Assembly: GCA_043228905.1 (NCBI GenBank)
Contig: JBHGNT010000006.1
Span: forward strand, 20,336,001-20,400,000
Direction of reading: 5' to 3'
DNA length: 64,000 nucleotides
DNA from: Azolla caroliniana
Taxonomy: Eukaryota; Plantae; Polypodiophyta
A program made the translations under genes and the position numbers. Below the pieces are notes generated by a model. The model saw only the letters and a list, made by a program, of their open reading frames with translations, made no database searches and had not been told where the DNA came from. Shown in pieces: positions 59,734-64,000 of this stretch. Positions within the stretch are counted from its first letter, which is position 1. Each line of letters opens with the position of its first letter.

Positions 59734-62700
59734 GCACATTTCTTGTTTGATTCCGGTAGTTCTCACAATTTTCTTAATGATCACTTTGTGCAGCAAATGG
59801 AGCTCCACATAAACGCAAGTGATCATATCTATCAAGTTCACATGGCAAATGGAAACGTTCAATACATCAGTGGCATTGTTTGTCAACTGCCAATTCAAAT
59901 AGATACTTATTTGGAGAAGCTTGACTTTCATGTTATGAAATTACAATCCGCAGATGTCATTTTAGGATATCCTTGGTTTTTTAATAAAAACCCTTCTTTG
60001 TCCATTGATTGGGTTAATCACTCAATCACATTTGAACTTAATAATTGTAAACATTTTATTCAATGTTCCAAACTTCCTTCTCATTCACTTGTGTCTTCTA
60101 AATCTTTAAGTGAGTATTCTAGTTCATTAATTTATTCGTGTGTAATTGATCCTGCGGTTCAATTTTATTATTTTAATATTGACGCCACACAATTACCACA
60201 TTTTGAGCAACGATTACTCGACTCTATTTTAGAGGATTTTCAAGATGTGTTTCCTACTAAATTACCACTTACTTTACCACCTAAACGTAATGTGGACCAT
60301 CAAATTGAACTCATCCCTGGGGCTGCTCCTGTGAGCATTCCACCTTACCGACTTAGTCGATTAGAAGAGGATGAGATCGCTAAACAACTTAAGGAATACT
60401 TGAGTATGGGCCACATTAGGTATAGTAAATCACCTTGGGGTGCGCCAGTTCTATTAGTCAAGAAGAAGGAAGGTTCGTGGCGAATGTGTATCAATTATCG
60501 CCGTTTGAATAAAATGACAATTAAGAATGCATATCCATTACCTCGTGCCGATGATTTAATTGATCGTTTGCACGGGGCTCGATATTTTACGAAAATTGAC
60601 TTACGAACTGGTTATCATCAGATTCGCATCGCCGAGGATGATATTCCTAAAACCGCTTTTCGTACGCGCTATGGCCATTATGAGTTTTTAGTCATGCCAT
60701 CTGGGTTGACTAATGCTCCAGCCACATTCCAACAAGCGATGAATGATGTTTTCCGAGATCAACTCGGTGATTTTGTTGTCGTCTTCTTGGATGATATTTT
60801 GATATATAGCCGTACCTTGCAAGATCATGTTCAACATGTTCGATTTGTTTTGCGAAAGTTACGTGACAACTCTTTCTATGCAAAACATTCAAAATGTGAC
60901 TTCTTCCAAAAATCTATTGTGTACCTAGGTCATTTAATTACAGAAAATGGCGTTGAAATTGAACCTTCTCGTATTGAAAAGGTTAAACTTTGGCCCATTC
61001 CTCGTAATATTCGTGAACTTAGATCATTCTTAGGGTTTGTTGGATTTTTACGAAAATCAATTCGTAACTATTCCAAATTGACTACGCCATTAACTGACCT
61101 TTTAAAAGGTCATCCACGTAAGTCTGTCAAACCAATTTCATGGAATGAACAACTTGACAAATCATTTGAGACACTCAAGGAGCATGTGTGTCAGGCTCCC
61201 ACTCTTCTATTACCAGACCCTTCTAAGCCTTTCTCAATTGAAACCGATGCTAGTGATTATGCTATTGGTGCCGTTCTTTATCAAGGTGGTCACCCTATTG
61301 CTTTTGAAAGTAAGAAGCTTGATGCTGCTCAATCTCGGTATTCGGTTCAAGAGAAAGAGTTGTTTGCGGTGATACACGCACTTAAAACATGGAGGCACTA
61401 TCTCTATGGAAATAAATTTGTGGTTACAACAGACCATCAATCATTAAAGTATTTTTGTGACCAGCCCGATCTTGTTGGTCGTAAAGGCCGTTGGGCTGAC
61501 CTTATGCAAGATTTTGATTTTTCCATACGATATCGCAAGGGTTCTATGAACACCGTTGCTGATGCTCTTAGTCGCATTAAAGAAGTTAACATGCTTAGCT
61601 TCACGGAAATAAAATCTGATCTTTTAGATCACCTTCGAGGGAAGTACCTTGATGACAGTTATTTCTCAAAATACTGGACGAAAGCCGAATCTGGTTTAGA
61701 TGCCGATACTAGCACCCTACCCTCGAAGGCGACCTTTCACATTACAAATGGTTTGCTCTACCGTAGTGGAAAGGTCTGTGTTCCAGATTTACCAAATGTT
61801 AAACAGAAAATTTTTCATGAATGTCATGATGCACCATCTGCTGGTCATCCTGGAATACAACGCACACTCGTTCTCATCTCGTGTACTTTTTTCTGGCCTA
61901 AGATGCGCTCTGACGTGCATAAATACGTAACTCAATGCTTACAATGTCAGATTAATAAGTCGGAACGACTTAAAGCTGCTGGTCTTTTACATCCCTTAGA
62001 TATTCCCAACAATAAATGGGAAAGTATCTCGATGGATTTTATTGTTAGTTTACCTCGTACACAGAGGGGTCATGATGCCATATGGGTTGTCGTTGACAGG
62101 CTAACAAAATTAGCTAGATTTATTCCTACAAAAACCACGGTAACCGCTCAACAGTTGGCTTATCAATTTGTTGATGAGTTATTTCGTTTTTATGGATTAC
62201 CGATGGATATTGTTAGTGATCGAGATTCCAAGTTTACTAGTGACTTTTGGACTCAGGTCTTTAAGAAACTAGAAACTACGTTGAGCATGAGTTCCGCAGA
62301 TCATCCTCAGTCTGATGGACAAACTGAACGAGTTAATCAAATTATTGAGGACATGCTTCTAGCTTATGTAGCAAAAACCCCTTCTAAGTGGGAGCAATAC
62401 CTTCCTATCTTAGAATTTGCCTATAATAGCTCTAAACATACATCCACTGGATATAGTCCTTTTATGTTGATGTATGGTTTTCAGCCACGTGCCCCAGTTG
62501 ATGTCACGATTCATCGTGATACATTAGACAGTACACGCAATTTTTTGCAAGACATGAACCAAATGTTGCATATTGCCAAAGAAAATGTCAAGACAGCTCA
62601 AGATCGTGCTCGATTTTATGCTGATCAGGATAGACGTCCTCGTGCATTTACTATTGGTCAAAAAGTTTTTTTGCGTGTCCCGACTGATTCTACGACATTA

Positions 62701-63093
62701 TCTACGGGCAAGTGCGCTAAGTTAGCCCCACGATATTGTGGCCCATTTGAAATCCTTAAGCGAGTTGGGTCATTTGCTTATCACCTTGCCTTACCTCGTA
62801 ACGTTGGTATTCATCCTGTTTTTCACGTCAGTCGTCTAAAACCATTTTTAGGCTCTGGTGATAACACCATCACAATCCAAGATCTTGTAACATTAGAGGA
62901 TTTTTCTTACAAACCTCATGTTCCTGAACGAATTCTTGATTCTCGTACTAAACGTTTACGTTCTAAAGAGATTCAGCTATTCAAGATCAAATGGATGGAT
63001 AAACCTATTGATGATGCCACATGGGAATGCGAGCATTCGCTTAAGGCACAATTTCCTCACTTTATATTGCAAGAGTGCAATCTTTTGAAGTAG
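59734..63093 (+). CDS. Gypsy Pol: protease, RT, RNase H, integrase, chromodomain
   Basis: FDSGSSHNF, KIDLRTGYHQ, FLDDILIY, ETDASDY, HD..AGHPG..C..C, SMDF/SDRD/QTERVN, PRYCGPF, C-terminal PERILDSR..KIKW..DATWE chromodomain. Confidence 0.92.
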   Translation, partial: AHFLFDSGSSHNFLNDHFVQQMELHINASDHIYQVHMANGNVQYISGIVCQLPIQIDTYLEKLDFHVMKLQSADVILGYPWFFNKNPSLSIDWVNHSITFELNNCKHFIQCSKLPSHSLVSSKSLSEYSSSLIYSCVIDPAVQFYYFNIDATQLPHFEQRLLDSILEDFQDVFPTKLPLTLPPKRNVDHQIELIPGAAPVSIPPYRLSRLEEDEIAKQLKEYLSMGHIRYSKSPWGAPVLLVKKKEGSWRMCINYRRLNKMTIKNAYPLPRADDLIDRLHGARYFTKIDLRTGYHQIRIAEDDIPKTAFRTRYGHYEFLVMPSGLTNAPATFQQAMNDVFRDQLGDFVVVFLDDILIYSRTLQDHVQHVRFVLRKLRDNSFYAKHSKCDFFQKSIVYLGHLITENGVEIEPSRIEKVKLWPIPRNIRELRSFLGFVGFLRKSIRNYSKLTTPLTDLLKGHPRKSVKPISWNEQLDKSFETLKEHVCQAPTLLLPDPSKPFSIETDASDYAIGAVLYQGGHPIAFESKKLDAAQSRYSVQEKELFAVIHALKTWRHYLYGNKFVVTTDHQSLKYFCDQPDLVGRKGRWADLMQDFDFSIRYRKGSMNTVADALSRIKEVNMLSFTEIKSDLLDHLRGKYLDDSYFSKYWTKAESGLDADTSTLPSKATFHITNGLLYRSGKVCVPDLPNVKQKIFHECHDAPSAGHPGIQRTLVLISCTFFWPKMRSDVHKYVTQCLQCQINKSERLKAAGLLHPLDIPNNKWESISMDFIVSLPRTQRGHDAIWVVVDRLTKLARFIPTKTTVTAQQLAYQFVDELFRFYGLPMDIVSDRDSKFTSDFWTQVFKKLETTLSMSSADHPQSDGQTERVNQIIEDMLLAYVAKTPSKWEQYLPILEFAYNSSKHTSTGYSPFMLMYGFQPRAPVDVTIHRDTLDSTRNFLQDMNQMLHIAKENVKTAQDRARFYADQDRRPRAFTIGQKVFLRVPTDSTTLSTGKCAKLAPRYCGPFEILKRVGSFAYHLALPRNVGIHPVFHVSRLKPFLGSGDNTITIQDLVTLEDFSYKPHVPERILDSRTKRLRSKEIQLFKIKWMDKPIDDATWECEHSLKAQFPHFILQECNLLK

Positions 63094-64000
63094 GGGAGTA
63101 TGTTATGTACACATAACGTTGGTGAGGGTAGGTCACTAATATTTACATTAGTGAAGGGTATGTTCACTATTATTAAAAAGGGGACTAATGATTGGATAGA
63201 ATGAATGATATGTGCATGCACTATCATGATTTAGACAACCAATGAATAGAGAGCCTTTTAGAAAGGCACATCTATTCAAGGGGCCTAGGAAAAGGTATAA
63301 ATATGAGGCTTAGCTACCCTCATAAGGATAATCACGTCGGAAGGCTGCTGTCGTAGACACCGGTGGTGCGGGCTAGGCTTTCGTCTCGACGATCGTGTTT
63401 ATCTCTTCCAAGGTATTAGTCATCCTAATATCCGGCGGTATGGGACGTCGGTGGTAGGTTGGCTATGTCTAGATCATAGCTCGGGGGTGGTCGGGTGGAA
63501 CGGGTTCTTCTATCCAATCTATTTTCTTCCTTTTTACTTGATTTGGTCTATGGATTAGTAATAGACTCTTAACACCACTTACGCTGAGATAATGACAAAA
63601 TACCAAGACATACTCAGACCGTCTCTCACCCTCTCCAAACTATTAGATACTCCAGATATAAAGAAATTAAGTAGATATATTTTAGAGCTTAAACAACATA
63701 GAGAGAATAAGCTAGAAAATGTTAACAATAACCTTTCTAATATTCACCAACATGTAACCAATGAAAATTTTCAGCTACAGGGGGAGACGATGAATGTGGA
63801 CAAATCTCTCTCCCTTGGACATTGGAAATTTGTAGAAACCACATAAAGATCTCATCTTCCAAATCTTAGCTCATTTTGTTTTGTCATATTTAATTCCCAT
63901 ACCTGCACCACTCGGCCTCTCCCTTGCTACAACAGAAAACCAAAGAACTAAACACTTTCGGATGTTGGGCTTCAAAGCAACTTGACGTGGTTTAATTTAA

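Larger units (their letters stand above)
56461..63574 (+). mobile_element. Young Ty3/gypsy chromovirus LTR retrotransposon
   Basis: Identical 474-bp LTRs at 56461-56934 and 63101-63574 (TGTTA...TAACA). TSD CCACT on both sides. PBS TGGTATCAGAGC at 56936-56947. PPT AAGTAGGGGAGTA before 63101. Confidence 0.97.
48520..63760 (+). mobile_element. Decayed non-LTR retrotransposon (LINE, RTE-like) split by three LTR insertions
   Basis: Endonuclease remnants VFLVGYFNART and TIDYL..DH (48600-49113). RT remnants DPNTYRTIMIGHMLAKLY, KAFDTVPR, GVKQGCP|..TLFGIY, LYVEDIVL (54226-55600). C-terminal GQLRISSHQLEIENG..EDEYHFTCKCP|LYAEI resumes after the gypsy at ~63580. Confidence 0.8.

Overview
Eukaryotic land-plant nuclear DNA, most likely a fern. 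This is inferred from the style of the very long PLS-class PPR genes with 36-aa L motifs; the species cannot be determined from sequence alone. Host genes: four intronless, paralogous PLS-class PPR genes (8782-12105 +, 24237-27545 +, ~40018-43185 +, 45454-48351 -), all ending in E1-E2 with no intact DYW domain. They are interleaved with an 11-exon organelle-targeted YchF/OLA1-family gene (13679-21952 +) and a 4-exon BTB/POZ-NPH3 (NRL) gene (34703-37988 +). Both ends of the window are nested transposon stacks. Left end: LTR-like fragments carrying tRNA-like Pol III boxes, a decayed Ty1/copia with non-matching LTRs, and a LINE 3' end. Right end: an old LINE interrupted by a young near-intact copia (identical 191-bp LTRs, no clean TSD), a solo LTR, and a young chromoviral gypsy (identical 474-bp LTRs, CCACT TSD). 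A decayed hAT transposase lies at ~28.7-30.9 kb. The most notable signals are the separate erosion of the E+/DYW start downstream of the PPR paralogs, the near-intact copia with non-canonical ends and MSA-type LTR motifs, and the tRNA-like modules inside stacked LTRs.
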